NCBI RefSeq assembly: GCF_009914755.1
Contig: NC_060942.1
Reading direction: 5' to 3' (one strand)
Length of the DNA stretch: 64,000 nt
Source of the DNA: the human T2T-CHM13v2.0 reference genome, Homo sapiens
A program made the translations under genes and the position numbers. The notes under the pieces are model-generated. The model was not told where the DNA came from. It did no database searches and saw only the letters and a program-made list of their open reading frames with translations. This document shows, piece by piece, positions 13,521 to 27,256 of this stretch (the first letter of the stretch is position 1; every line of letters begins with the position of its first letter).

Positions 13521-14136
13521 TGTACTGTTTTACTTAACTCTAATAAAGGTAATTTTGAAGTAGTTTATTTAAATCTTATCCAACAGCTTTGGCCTTTCAG
13601 GCAGCTCTGACCCCAGCTGTTCGACTTGGGTTTCAGCTGTTACACAGTGGGCTTATCCACCTACCCATCCACCCATCCATCTGTGCTGGCAGGAGCTTTC
13701 CCGGGCTGGGTGCTCTTCTCCCTGCCGGCCTGCTCTGCGCCTGGCGCCTGCTCTGCCCCTGTGCCTTCATTTCCACATCTCAGTTCTGCAGCAGCTGAGT
13801 GTCTTGGGGCTGTTTTGTATGCTGGAAGCACTTAAAGGCTTTATGTCTGACTCCAGCTGATCTTAGTTTTCCAGTCAGGCCATGTTTTCTTTGGGAGTGT
13901 TTTACAGCTGGACTTTCCAAGGGAGTAGGCCACCTTTCCATGGGCAGCATGGTGTGGGAGGCAGGGCCCCTTGGAGGTGAGAGCCAAGGAGCTGAGTTGT
14001 CCCCGGCCTCTTCCACTTCCAGCTCTTAGCCTTGGGCACGTCACTAACTTCTGTAGAGTGGACACTGGAATATCTCTCAACCTATGAGGAGGATTAATGA
14101 GACAAAATGTGGGAACAGCATTTGAAACTTTATATC

Positions 14137-15195
14137 AGCATCCACCCATCCACCCACCCACCTATCCATCCATCTAGCCACCTGTACACCCACCCAGCCA
14201 CCCACTCGTTCATCTGTCCTTCCATCCGTGCACCTACCCACCCGTTCCTCTATCCATTCACCCACCCATCCATCATCCATCCATCCACTCATTCATCTGT
14301 CCATCCATCCATGCACCTACCCACCCATTCCTCTATCCATCCACCCACCCATCCATCCACCATCCAGCCACCCATGCACCCGCACATTCATCCATCGATT
14401 TACCCATCCATCCGTCTACCCATCCATCTATCATCTCCCCAGCCACCACCTACCCATCCACCCATCCACCCACCCAGCGACCCACCCATGCACCCGCACA
14501 TCCATCCATCAATTTACCCATCCATCCGTCTACCCATCCATCTATCATCTCCCCAGCTACCACCTACCCATCCACCCATCCATCTATCCACCATGTACTC
14601 ACTCACCCACCCACACATCCACCCGCCCACCCACTCATTCATCTCTCCATCCATCCATGCACCTATGCACCCATTTCTCTATCCATCCACCCACCCACCC
14701 ATCCATCCATTCATCCATCCATCCACCCACCCACCCACCCACTCATGCACCCACACATCCATCTATCCATTTACCCATCCATCCATATACCCATCCACCC
14801 ATTCCTCCATCCATCCATCATCTCCCCAACCACCATCTACCCATCCATCCATTCATCTATCCACCATGAACTCACCCACCCACCCACCCACCCATTCTTT
14901 CCTCTATCCATCCATTCATCCACTCACCAATCCACCATCCATTCATCCATCCATCCACCTACCCATCCATTAATCCATCTACCTCCTGTCCACTCACCCA
15001 CTCATTCTTCTATCCATCCATCTACCCACCCATCCATCTATTCATCCATTCATGCACCCATTCATCCACCCATCCAACCCACGAATCCACCTACCCACCC
15101 ATCCATTCATCCACCCATCTGTCCTAACATCCACCCACTGATCTACTCATTCATCTGCACATCCATTCATCCTGCCCATCCTCCACCATCAACCT
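14137..15195. repeat. (CCAT/CCAC)n degenerate simple repeat, about 1.05 kb, with an internal 114-bp duplication
   Basis: Continuous catccatccacc tract; the block starting cccatgcacccgcaca occurs at 14371 and 14485. Confidence 0.95.
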
Positions 15196-16164
15196 TCCTA
15201 TTGATCTGTCAGTTATTAAAGTTAATTGCCAAACATAAATATAAAATGTTAGGGTAAAGGCCCCAAGTTTTCTCTGTTACCTACCTACGTCTCTCTTTTT
15301 GTTATTATAATTACGAATGAATCCTTGAAATCTTTAAACATCTTTATTGACCCATGTGGGTTGTATTGTGGTTAATATTGTAGTCATTTACGTTTACACC
15401 TGCAAGTGTTGCCATCAAAAGCTTAGGCCTCTCCTTCCCTCTTCCCCCAAGACACACCCTGTCACAGCACATCCATATCCACACACACAGCAGGTCTTAC
15501 TTCTGAATGTTCTGTGTGGAATTTGAGCTTTTGGCAGAGCTTGTGGATTGACCTCATGGTTGAGATTTGCTGTCTTCATGGACAGGTGGGAGTGTTCATT
15601 TTAAAGTTAAATTTAATAAATATTTAGAAAGCATGCATCATATGCCTCATTAGCAATTTTGTTAGGTACTCTGGGAGAAACAAACAAGCAAGAGCGCAGA
15701 ATCATCTGGTCCGTCTGTGGCCCCTGCAATTCCGTGAGGCACTGCTTCCTCTGCACATGAGGTTCCTGGGGAGCATGTCATCTGCCTTATTATGGTCGAC
15801 TGCACCCTCTGTTTGGTGGGGGGCATGGGTTCCCCTAAGTGGGAGCTGTGCCTGAGTCAGCGTCATGAGGGAAAATGTGGAGAAACCTCAGGGGCAACCA
15901 TTCCATGTGGAGCTCGTGGGCAGGAGTCATCCTGAGTCTGCAGGACCCATGTGTACCTGGGCTGTACGGATGCATGTGTGACTTCATCCCAGCCCCTCTA
16001 TTCTTGAGAGCTTATTCAGTATCAGAAATAATGGGGAGACGAGGTGAGACAGGCACGTGAGGGCAGCCGTGTGTAGTCTTGTGTTGGATTCAGGTGATAT
16101 CAATTTTGGAGGCCTGCCTGAAGTTTTTGCTGAGTTTATTCCAGCAGGAAATACTACCACACCT

Positions 16165-16330
16165 AATTAATCTTCATACAGGACTTTGCCAATTGCTATG
16201 ATATGGGGCATTGGCATTATTAGCATCATCACTTTTCATATGTGAAACCGAGGATCGGGTAGATTAAGTGCTGTGCCCAGGTCAGCCCAAGTCAGAAGGC
16301 TCAGGGCTGGCTCTCAGGGCCACATCTTTG
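16165..16330 (-). mobile_element. MIR fragment
   Basis: cattattagcatcatcacttttcatatgtgaaaccgagg...attaagtgctgtgcccaggtca resembles antisense MIR. Confidence 0.55.
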
Positions 16331-16531
16331 ATCCTGGCTCTCTGTCCGTCTCACTATGGCCCATGTATCCCTAAGACATGTGGAAAGCAGGGTTTCTCCA
16401 GTGGAGGGAACCAGAGCAGACAGCATGATCATTTCTGCTTCAAGGGGGCAGAGGCAATTGGAGTTTCTCACATCACCCAGCTCAAAATGGCAGCTGGTGG
16501 CCTGCAGGTGAGGGGCAGGGCCCTTGCAGCT

Positions 16532-16545
16532 CTGCCACCTGGTGT
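16532..16545 (-). promoter_or_regulatory. Possible CTCF motif
   Basis: Reverse complement ACACCAGGTGGCAG matches 13 of 14 positions of the core CCACCAGGTGGCAG. Confidence 0.3.
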
Positions 16546-17974
16546 GCATGCTGGCTGTTCTCCAGCCTCTCTTCCTCTTGATTTTCTTGTCTCGGGTTGT
16601 TGACTTTTGCTTTTGGCCTGGTGGAGACTAAGGGGAACAGTGTGCAAAGTGCTGAGCCCGTGTCTTGCACAGAGCATCACTCGGGGCTCAGAGCACTGCA
16701 GCTATTATTACTCCTTTCTAAAAAGCCAGTATCTGCCTGGAATTACAAGGCAGGCACTGACAGATGTATAAGTAGATGCTCAAGAGCAAATTAAAAATGC
16801 ATTGTTAAAAATGGATTCAATGTGTGAACAAAGATTGGCATGAAGGTTGGGTCCCTGTATTTTTAGAGGCTAATTAAAGTGTGCGAACAACGATAAATTC
16901 AGATAACCCGTATTGCTTGAAGTCACCACAAAGCATTCACTGAAGAGCTAATTGCAGCCTCCAGAGGTTTGGGTGGTCTGCGGCCATCACTGACTTCAGG
17001 CTCTGCCTGCTTTTGCCCATGCTGAGACTGCACTGTGCCCTTGGGGTCCCTGTGCAGCCCTGGGGATCTCGCTGCCCTGGCGCCTGGTGATGTGCATTCT
17101 GGTGCATTTCTGCAGTCCTGAGTTTGGGATAGACAGTAACACCGTCGTGTTACCACGTGCCACTTGTCTAAATCACTCACAGAAATCTGTGGTCAGGTTT
17201 CTATAAAGTGCTTGATTGGTGATGAGGAGATGGGAAGTGATTTATGGCATGCTGGCCCTCCAGCTATTGATGGGTGTACACACACCGAGGTCAGTGCCAT
17301 ATAAAATGCAGATACCACAGCCCCTAAGGGGTGGCTGGCCAGCTGTCATGGCTGCAGTCGGTATTGGAGTGGGCAGGAGTCTGTAAGGAAATGTGATCCA
17401 TGGGCTTAGAATCCCCTGTTTTGTCAGTGTCTTGGAAAATTGGCCTCCAGAGATCAACTGTGGAGTGCGCCATGTCAGAGGCTGTCTTCTCCTGTTGCGA
17501 CATTTAGCAGACCAGGTCTGCACACCTGATTTTCCATTAGTCACACTAGAAAGGAGAACATTTGTGCTTCATAACCTCAGGGTTAGACAAACAGCCCTGC
17601 AGGTAGATCATGATCAATAACAGGAGATCTTTGTAAACTAGGTTAATTTTGTTCCTGAAAATCTGCAATGTTTTTTTATCTACAAGGGTTTTTTTTTTTT
17701 TTAAATTTCCTAATAGAACATGAGTATTCACTGCACACAGACACAGTGATGGTGGGCTAAGGACAAAAAAGACCTTGGGTAAACTCTAGACCTCTACCTG
17801 TCATGATTAGAAACATATCCGTTCTCACCAGATAATCTTTTAAATTCCAACCAGGCTTGCTTTAGGTGCCAGGAGGTAGTAAGAATTACAGGTTCTGTTT
17901 TTAGGGCAACGGCAGGATTTTAAACTCTGTATGCCTCCCCTTTCTGTCACTAAGCCACCACTTTTTTACAAAAA

Positions 17975-18230
17975 GCTTTGTTTTGAAATAATTGTAGATT
18001 TTCAGAAGACTTACGAAGATTGTGCAGAGTTCCTATATGCCCTGCTTCCTGTAAAGGCATTAACATCATATGTAATCATGGCACGCGTATCACAACTAAG
18101 AAATTAACGTTGGTAGAAAACTGCTAACGAAAACCATAGACTTGACTTGAATTTCACTAGTTGTTCTACCAACTAATGTCCTTCTTCTGTTCCCAGGTCC
18201 AGTCCAGGATGCCATGTTGCATCTAACCAT
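17975..18230 (-). mobile_element. Old L1 (L1MC-like) 3' UTR fragment
   Basis: ttgttttgaaataattgtagatt...actaagaaattaacgttgg...actaatgtccttcttctgttcccaggtccagtccaggatgcca resembles L1MC4/5 3' UTR. Confidence 0.65.
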
Positions 18231-18638
18231 TGCTTTTTATTCTTTGTTCTTTAAATAATTTTATTTTTAACTTTTTATTACGGTAAAAATTTCAAACTCT
18301 GTAGTAGAGAGCATGCTAGTAGGTCCAGTTGACGGCCGCCCATTTTCAGCCATGTTCCGCTTGTCGTGTGAATGAAGGTGGTCTTAGTGAGGGGCCCAGC
18401 CCTGGCAGCACCCTCCACGCACGCACAGGGTCTGCAAAGTTTGTGCCTGGCGGTGTGCTTGTCTTGCATCTCTAGTCACCGTGTTCTTGCTGATGGCGCT
18501 CCAGGGTTGCTACTGTAAGCGCCTGTGCTTAAGAACTGGATCTGAGCTTTCCCCGATTTCTGCCACAGTTTTCATAGGCCACGGGATTTGCTGGAGAACC
18601 CGCTCACTCTGGAGCCTTTAGTCATGACGTCCAGTTGA

Positions 18639-19010
<372 letters not shown>

Positions 19011-19369
19011 ATAGCCCCACTTTTTTGAGCTGTGATTGTAAGAGCTGGACTAAAACAAAATGTCTGACAGAAGAAAAACTACCTTATTTCCACATCATAC
19101 TTCCCCTCGGTGCCCAGGGTCCAGTGTCACCTCTGGATGCCCAGTGTCCTCCTTTGCCCTGGCAGAGCTTTCTGTTTCTGTGCCTGTGCAGGTTATTGGC
19201 TGGTGTGGGCACAGCGACCACCCCATAAGATGTGATGTAGCAATTGTGGAATGAACCACTGGCCTGCTAGTAGGTTTGTAAGTTTAACTGCTAAGCTACT
19301 TTACACCAAGATGTTAATAGCTCTTAGTGTTTTTAAGTGTTAACTGCTTGTGGTTATTTACATTTTTGA

Positions 19370-21115
19370 AGTATTTTATTTTAAAAATGGACACATAATA
19401 ATTACATATTTATGGGGTACATAGTGATGTTTTGATACATATGTGTCGTGATCAGATCAGGGTAATTAGCATCTCCATCATCTCAAACATTTGTCATTTC
19501 TTTGTGCTGGGAACATTCAGTATCCTCCTAGCTAATTGAAATTGTATATTATGTTACTGTTACTTATAATCATCATACAGTGGTATAGAACACTAGAACT
19601 CCTATCTAGCTGTAATTTTGCATACCTTAACAACTCTCTCCCTATCCCCCTTTCCCTACAACCCTTCCCAACTTCTAGTATTCCCTTTTCTACTTTTTAC
19701 TTCTATGAGGTCAACTTTTTACAGCATCCACACATGAGTGAGAACCTGTGGTGTTTAACTTTCTGTTCCTGGCTTATTTCACCTAACATAATGCCCTCTA
19801 GTTCCCTCTATGTTGCTGCAAATGATGGCTTTTCATTTTGTATGGCTGATTGGTACGCCATGGTGTATATGTTCCACATTTTGTCTCTCTGCTCCTCTGT
19901 TGTGGATCACCTAGGTTGATTCTGTATCTTGGTTATTGTGAATAGTGCTGCAGTAAATGTGGAGGTGCAGGTGTCTCTTCCATATCCTGATTTCCTTTCC
20001 TTTGGGTAAATGCCGAGTAGCAGGACTGCTGGATCATATGGGAGTTCTAGTTGTAGTTTTCAGAGGAACTTCTATACTGTTCTGTAGTGACTGTACCAGC
20101 TTACATTCCCACCAACAGTGTGTAACAGTTCCCTTTCTCTGCATCCACACCAACATTTATTTCTTGTCTTTTTGATAGTGGCCATGCTAACTGGGGTGAG
20201 ATGGTACCTCATTGTGGTTTTGATTTGTATTTCCCTGATAATTAGTGATGTTGCACATTTTTCATATATTAATATTTGTTAATCATTTGTATGTTTCCTT
20301 TTGAGAAATGTCCGCACTCAAATTTTCTCATTTTAAAATTAGATCTTTTTTTTTTTTGCTGTTGAAATGTTTGAGTTCCTTGTATATTTTGTATATTAAT
20401 CCTTCATCAGATGCATTGTCTGCAGGTATGTCCTCTGATTCTGTAGGTCATGTTTTTACTCTGTTGATTGCTTCCCTTGCTGTGCAGAAGCTTTTAGGTC
20501 GATATAATCCCATTTGATTATTTTTGCTTTTGTTGCCCATGCTTTTGGAGTCTTACTTATAAATTTTTTCCCTGGACCAATGTCTTGAAGCATTTCCCTG
20601 TGTTTTCTTCTAATGGTTTTAGAGTTTAGTGTCTTACATTTAGGTCTTTGATGCATTTTGAGTTGATTTTTGTATACGGTGACAGGTAGGGGTCTAGTTT
20701 TATTTTTCTGCATATGCATATAGTTTTCCCAGCATTATTTATTTATTTTACGTTCAGGGGTACATGTGCAGGAAGTGCTGGTTTGTTACATAGGTAAACG
20801 TGCCTAGCACTATTTATCGAAGAGAATGTCCTTAATGAGTGTTCTTGGCCTCTTTGTCAGAAATCAGTTGGCTTGTGTATATGTGGATTAATGTCTGTTC
20901 TCTCTATTCTGTTCCATTGATCTATGTGTCTGTTTTTATGCCAGTATCATGCTGTTTTGGTTATTATAGCTTTATAGTATATTTTGAGGTCTGGTAGTGT
21001 GATACCTCCAATTTTGTTCTTTTTGCTCAGGATTGCTTTGGCTATTTTATAATTCCATATGAAACTTTGGCTTTTTTTTTCCTATTTCTGTGAAGAATGT
21101 CATTGGTATTTTGGT
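19370..21115 (-). mobile_element. L1MA4-like LINE-1, 3' segment (3' UTR plus ORF2 end)
   Basis: Antisense L1MA 3' end (gacacataataattacatatttatggggtacatagtgatg), continuous with ORF2 text up to ctgtgaagaatgtcattggtattttg. Confidence 0.9.
20743..20805 (-). mobile_element. Nested, extremely 5'-truncated L1PA 3' end (about 63 nt)
   Basis: ttattttacgttcaggggtacatgtgcaggaagtgctggtttgttacataggtaaacgtgcc, flanked by TSD agcaYtatttat at 20731-20742 and 20806-20817. Confidence 0.8.
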
Positions 21116-22566
21116 GCTTAATAGAAGGAAATAAGTAAAGATAAGAGCAGAAATACACAAAATTGAGACAAAAAACAAAGATCAATGAAACAAAAAGTTG
21201 GATTTTGGAAGAAATAACAGTATTAACAAACCATTAACTAGACTAAGAAAAAAAGAGAAAAATACCCAAATAAATAAAATCAGAAGTGAAAAAGTGAAAC
21301 ATCACAATGGATACCAGAGAAATATAAAGGATCATTAGAGAATATTATGAATAACTACATGCCACTAAAGTAAAAAACCTAGAGGAAATGGCTGAATTCC
21401 TGGACACATGCAGCCTACCAAGATTGAGCCAAGAAGAAAAAGAAAACCTGGGCAGACTAACAAGAAATGAAGTTGAATCAGTAATAAAAGTCTGTCACAG
21501 CAGAAAGGCCTAGGACTGGATGGCTTCATTGCTGAATTCTACCAAACCTTTAAAGAAGAATTCATACTAGTTCTTCTCAAACTATTCCAAATAAATTGTA
21601 TCAGAGATAATTCTTCCTGACTTATTCTACAAGGCCAGCATAACCCTGACACAAAAAGCAAATAAGAACACAGCAAATAAAACCACAGGTCAATATTCTT
21701 GATGAATATAGATGCAAAAATCCTACACAAAATAATAGCAAACCAAATCCAGCAACACATCAAAAAGCTAGTACATGATGATTGAATGGGATTCATCCCA
21801 GGGATGCAAAGATGGTTCAGTATACATAAATCAAGAAATGTGATTAAATCACATCAGCAGAATGAAGGACAAAAACCACATGAACATCTCAATAGATGCA
21901 GAAAAAGCATTTGATAACCTTTAGCACCCATTCATGATAAAAACTCCCAATAAACTAGGTATAGAAGGAATGTACCTCAACACAATAAGGGCCATAAATG
22001 ACAAAACCACAGCTGACATCGTACTAAATGGGGAAAAGCTGAATACTTTTCCTTTAAGAACTGGAACAAGAAAAGAATGCCCATTCTCACCACTCCTATT
22101 CAACACGTACTGGAAGTCATAGCCAGAGCAGTCAGGCAAGAGAAAGAAAGGACATCCAAATTTGAAAGGAGGAAGTCAGATTATCCCTGTTTGCAAATGA
22201 CATGATCTTATATAGAGAAAAACCTGAAGACTCTACCAAAAAGCTCTTAGAACTGGTAAATGAATTCAGTAAAGTTGCAGGATACAAAATCACCATACAA
22301 AAATCAATATTGTTTCTATAGACAAACAACTAGGTGAAAAAGAAATCAAGATGACAATTCCATTTGCAGTAGCTACAAAAAATTTAAAATACCTAGGGAT
22401 AAACTTTACCAAGGAGGCCAAAGACCTCTACAAGGAAAACTACAAAGCATCGATGAAAAGAAATTGAAGAGGACTGACAAACAAATGGAAAGTACTTGGA
22501 AGAAGTACTGTATGGTTCAGATGACCATACTGCCCAAAGAAATCTACAGCTTCAATGAAGCCTCTG
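21116..22566 (+). mobile_element. Inverted 5' segment of the same L1 (ORF2 RT region, decayed)
   Basis: Sense L1 ORF2 text; ORF 21934-22122 translates to [51 protein letters not shown], typical of L1 reverse transcriptase; many stops and frameshifts. Confidence 0.9.
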
Positions 22567-22866
22567 TTTGCATTTTAAGGAGATGATATTCTTGAAGAAA
22601 AATTGTTTATCCCAAATGCAGAGTTCCTGACTTGTGGCCCATTATTGAGGAGGCTATGGTGCTTTTCTCCTTGGTCTTCAAAACAAGTTAGTCATGGATA
22701 TGGAAACTCAACCCTCATGACTAAAAGAAGCAAACTGAAAAGAATGTCATTTATATGGTTCTGTAGATATATGATTGTTTGGAGGGGACTTGGGTCCTCC
22801 CAGGAGAAACAGTCTGCATTGGAATGTCTCCTTGTATTAGAATATATCTCTTGCCAGCTTCATTGG

Positions 22867-23178
<312 letters not shown>

Positions 23179-24659
23179 TTCCACAGTTATTCACTGTGCA
23201 CACTTGGCCAGGTGTACCGCTAGGTGCGGGGACCCAGGGTGGGCCACAGCCCCATGTCTGACCAGATGACTGACCTCAGGCAGCCTTTGATGCACAAATG
23301 ATGAACTTCCAATTGCTTAATGTTATTACAATTACAGACTGATGACGAGGTTGGTGCTGCAGCTGCACCCTGGGAACTCGGTGGTGCCCCCCACCATACT
23401 GGGCACGGTGGGACTGCCGCAGATGTGATGGATGACAAGGGTTCCTGCCAGTGAGAGGAATGAAGATGCTCTTTGCTTCTGTGAGGTCAAGGCCTCATTT
23501 CATGTGACATGCAGAACCAGCCTCACTTGCCGTCGGCCCTCCACATCCACAGCTGTTTCTGCGCAGGGATGTCTGGCTCTGAGCCCTTCTGCGGAGCAGT
23601 GTTGCGCTGTTCGTAGAATAGTGTCCTTGTAGTCTCGTTAGGCTTTGCTTCTCTTTGTGTCTTGTTGTTTTGCTGGTTTTCCAGACCACTAGCTGTACCA
23701 CGAGGCTTCTGTGAGCAGATGGCATGAGACAGGTGAGTGCTTGCATGGAAACCGGGGCACTGGGGGTCCAGGGTGCAGGCCTGCTTCACTCTGGGCACCC
23801 TGTAACTGCTCCTGCTCCCAAGTGCCAGTGATATTCTGCAGATACAAATGTGTGATCACATTGCCTGGGCCCCAGTCTCCGAGGAGCCTGGTGGTGGTGG
23901 TGGTGGGCATTTTCAGCCTGGGTGTGCTGTCAGGACCCGAGAAGGTGACAGGAGAAGGTGGGAGGTGAGGAGGAGTGTCAGACGTGGGGTGGGGGGTGTG
24001 AGGCTGGAGACCAGGACCCTCGCCCGGAGCCTTGCTGTGATCGGCTGTGGTGGGGAAGCTGGGCGCCACTGCTCTCAGCATGAATGTGCTCAGGCTGTTG
24101 ACTGAAGGGTGTTGCTCACTCTTTTTTAAGAAGCATGATATACATCTAGGAAGAGTAATATTTTAAAAGTCTTTTTCCCTTTTCCACACCTCCGCTTGAA
24201 GGAACTCCAAAGCCTGCAGGGTAAATGAGCAGTGTTAGGATGGCCAAGAGCTCTCAGGCTGATTTAGTACTTGTGGGCAGGGCCCCTTTTCGGATTGATT
24301 ATGACACATGGTGCTAATGGGGTTGATTTCTAGTGGGAGGTACAGTATGTGTTACCCTTCGAGTTCTGCAAATGAAGTGGGGGGAGGAAGGAATGCATTC
24401 AAAGAAAAGAGAGTGGAATTCGGAATAATTTTTTTTGATATTCTCTTAAAGGCACAATGATCAGAACCTGCCATGTTTTATTTCTTTTCATTAGAATTAA
24501 GCTTAGGTTCTGGGTATCGGAGCATCTCTGGCACAGGTTGTATTTACCCTTTGGCCCTCAGATGTCACTGAACAGGAAGCTGCCGGGTGAGTTTTTGATA
24601 ACAAATCTCATGGCAGGATGGTGGCGCCTCCCTCGCCTGCTCACCTGCCCTCCAGGCTG

Positions 24660-25200
24660 GTACTCACTGAGTGCCCAGTGTGTGCCCAGCCCTAGAGCCG
24701 AGGCCGCAGAAGGCCCTGTGCTTGGGGGCTTGCTGCGATACGGGGCATCCCAGGAATCCAGGACTCAGATGAGTCAATGCAGACCTGCTGCTGGGAGATA
24801 GTGCTGGAGGGGAGGAGAGTGCTGGCAGAGAAGCATAAGCCCCAGCGAGATTCCACTGAGGGGAAGCCCAGGGATTTCTGGAGGCAGGTGATGGAGCTGA
24901 GGGCTGAACACGGACGGGCGGTGTCGTGCCGTGAAGGCAGAAGAGCCTGTCTGGGTGGAGGGCACAGCCCAAGGCCCAGGGGAGGCAGGGAGCTTTTCGG
25001 GTCCAGAGCTGATGGGGTGAGGAGTGAGGGGCCCCAGGTGGACTCAGGGTTTTCTTTTCTGAGGCTGAGTGGGATCTTATAGGCCTTGGGGAGCCATTGG
25101 AGTGTTTTCAGCAGCAGTGACAGGGTCTGTTTGCACTGGGCCACGGTCTGGAGACTGGGCAGTTTGGGGGTTGGAGGAGTTTCCCTGGCCCAGCTGAGCA
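24660..25200 (-). mobile_element. L2 fragment, degenerate
   Basis: tactcactgagtgcccagtgtgtgcccagccc and ggggagccattggagtgttttcagcagcagtgacagggtctg resemble antisense L2. Confidence 0.45.
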
Positions 25201-25432
25201 GGGCTGGCGCGGACAGAGAGAATCCCGCCTCTTCAAGGTCGCTCAGCTGACCATGGGCATAGCTGGACCTAGAGTGCCAGCGACCCTCCATGCTTCTGCC
25301 AGGAAGTCCAGCGGCATCTTTCCATTCATGGTGGTTACGGAATTGGCCGAGTCCTTACTCTGACCTACAGTGAGCCTCAAGAAACAAAAATGTCCACCTG
25401 TGTTCAACAAATTAAACATGTAAAAGAACATA

Positions 25433-25730
25433 CTGGGCGTGGTGGCCCACACCTGTCATCCCAGAGCTTTGGGAGGCTGAGGCAGGAGGATCATTTGAGC
25501 CCAAGAGTTTGAGACTAGACTGGGAAACGTAGGGAAACTGTTGTCTTCACAAAAGCCCCCAAAATTAGCTGGGCGTAGTGGCACTTGCCTGTGGTCCCAG
25601 CAACTTAGGAGCGTGAGGCATGAGAATCGCTTGAGCCCAGGAGGCAGAGGTGGCAGTGAGCTGAGATGGTTCCACTACACCCCAGCCTGGGCAACAGAAC
25701 GGGACCCTGTCTCAAAAAAAGTTAAATAAA
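25433..25730 (+). mobile_element. AluJ-like
   Basis: ggaggatcatttgagcccaagagtttgagac left arm; dimeric, with an A tail. Confidence 0.9.
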
Positions 25731-25879
25731 AGAAAAACCCAATTCTTCTTGTTTAATAGGGCAGCAAGACTAAAACAGTAATCATCAGATGAAATGATAG
25801 TAGAAAATATGAAATATGAACAAATGATTGAACCCGTGAGGGCTCGAGACTAAGGGGCAGAGACACAGCCAGGGTGTCT

Positions 25880-26240
25880 GGGTTCAGCAGATACTTCCAG
25901 AGCCCTTCTGTGTGCTGGGCACAGGGGCTGCAGACAGATGCCCGCCCCCCCCAGCCCCGGGATGCTCCACACCCAGCAGGTGCTGTTGGATACACAGTGG
26001 GAGCTCCTCCTGGCCTAGGGTCTGTGCTGGGAGAGGCAGAGGCAGACAATGGAAAGGCTCCACTCTCAACAAAGAGTGGGGTTTGATGTACTGGGGTCCG
26101 AGAAGGTAGCATTAGAGCAGGGAGTGACCATATGGGTACTGGGGAAGATTCTAGGCTGAGGCAACTCTGTGCAAAGGCTGTGGGTGAGCGGTTGCCTGGA
26201 GTGGTCAAGGCCACATGGCTGGAGAGGAGCAGGGGGTGCA
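25880..26240 (-). mobile_element. L2 fragment, degenerate
   Basis: ttcagcagatacttccagagcccttctgtgtgctgggcacagg...ggggaagattctaggctgaggcaactctgtgcaaaggc. Confidence 0.45.
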
Positions 26241-27149
26241 GAGGGCACATGTGCATGCATGTGCACATACAGGCATGTGTGAACATATGTGTGGGTATGT
26301 GTGATTTCCCATAGGGCCCAGGGTCCAGGTGGGATGGGAGCCCTTCCAGGTTTGGAGCAGAGCAGTGTCTGGGTGTAGGTTTCCAGAGGGTCAGGGTCTC
26401 TGGGGAATAGATCACGGTGGAGGCCCAAGGGAGAGGCAGGGTGCCATAGGGGCTGTTGCAGCGTTGAGGCCCTAGGGACGGCTCCCCAGGCCAGGGCTGT
26501 GGGGTGCTTGGAGTGGAGGAGGAACCAGAGGATGCACTGAGGTGGAGAGCTGGCCGAGGGAGATGTGGTGCGTCTGAATTTCTGCTGAGCACTGGAATTC
26601 CATTTTATCAGGATGAGGATGGCTGGGGAAGGGATGGCTTTGATCATTGCTTTTATTGTGAGGAGACAATTTGTCATCAGCATTGGTGTTATTTTGGCCT
26701 GACTTTTATCACTCTTGTTCATCATGATCTTGTTTCTGCCTAACTTTCGTGCTTGCTACCCTCTTAGAAAATGATGTATCACTTATTTAGGATATTATGT
26801 GTTAATTGTTGTCCAGAAATCAAACTAAGTTTCTTTCCAAGAAAGACGTGATGTAAAGCACTTTGATTCCCTGGGAGAACAGGTGCTGTGTGTGCACAAG
26901 GTTTTGCTGCCTGATTATTCTAGGGAAAATGAGACAGTGATTATATATGTTGGCAGGACTCAGATCACAAACTGCCCTGGATGTAGGGGGAGGCTTGGGT
27001 GAATCTAAAAGCATCCTCCTGCCATTTGAGGTGAGTCCTCTCCATGTTGGGAGTAGAAATGGCTCTTCTTTTAAAATAGGGTCCCTTTCTTGGCTCTGTC
27101 TCTGAGTCACCCTCCTGGGGTCACAGATCAGCTGCATGGGCACAGGTTA

Positions 27150-27256
27150 GGAATGTGGTCTCAGCCTCAGCCTTGGACCCCATCCCCCCATCAAAATCTG
27201 CCTTTTAACAAGATCCAAGGGGATTCTTGTGCACCTTAAAGTTTGGGAAATACTGA
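27150..27256. mobile_element. MER5-like hAT-Charlie MITE fragment
   Basis: aaatctgccttttaacaagatccaaggggattcttgtgcaccttaaagtttgggaaatactg. Confidence 0.65.

Noticed and set aside
14107-15257. His/Pro-rich proteins (288, 213 and 170 aa)
   Set aside because: Translations of the (CCAT)n simple repeat.
21934-22122. Reverse transcriptase gene
   Set aside because: A short remnant of decayed L1 ORF2, surrounded by stops and frameshifts.
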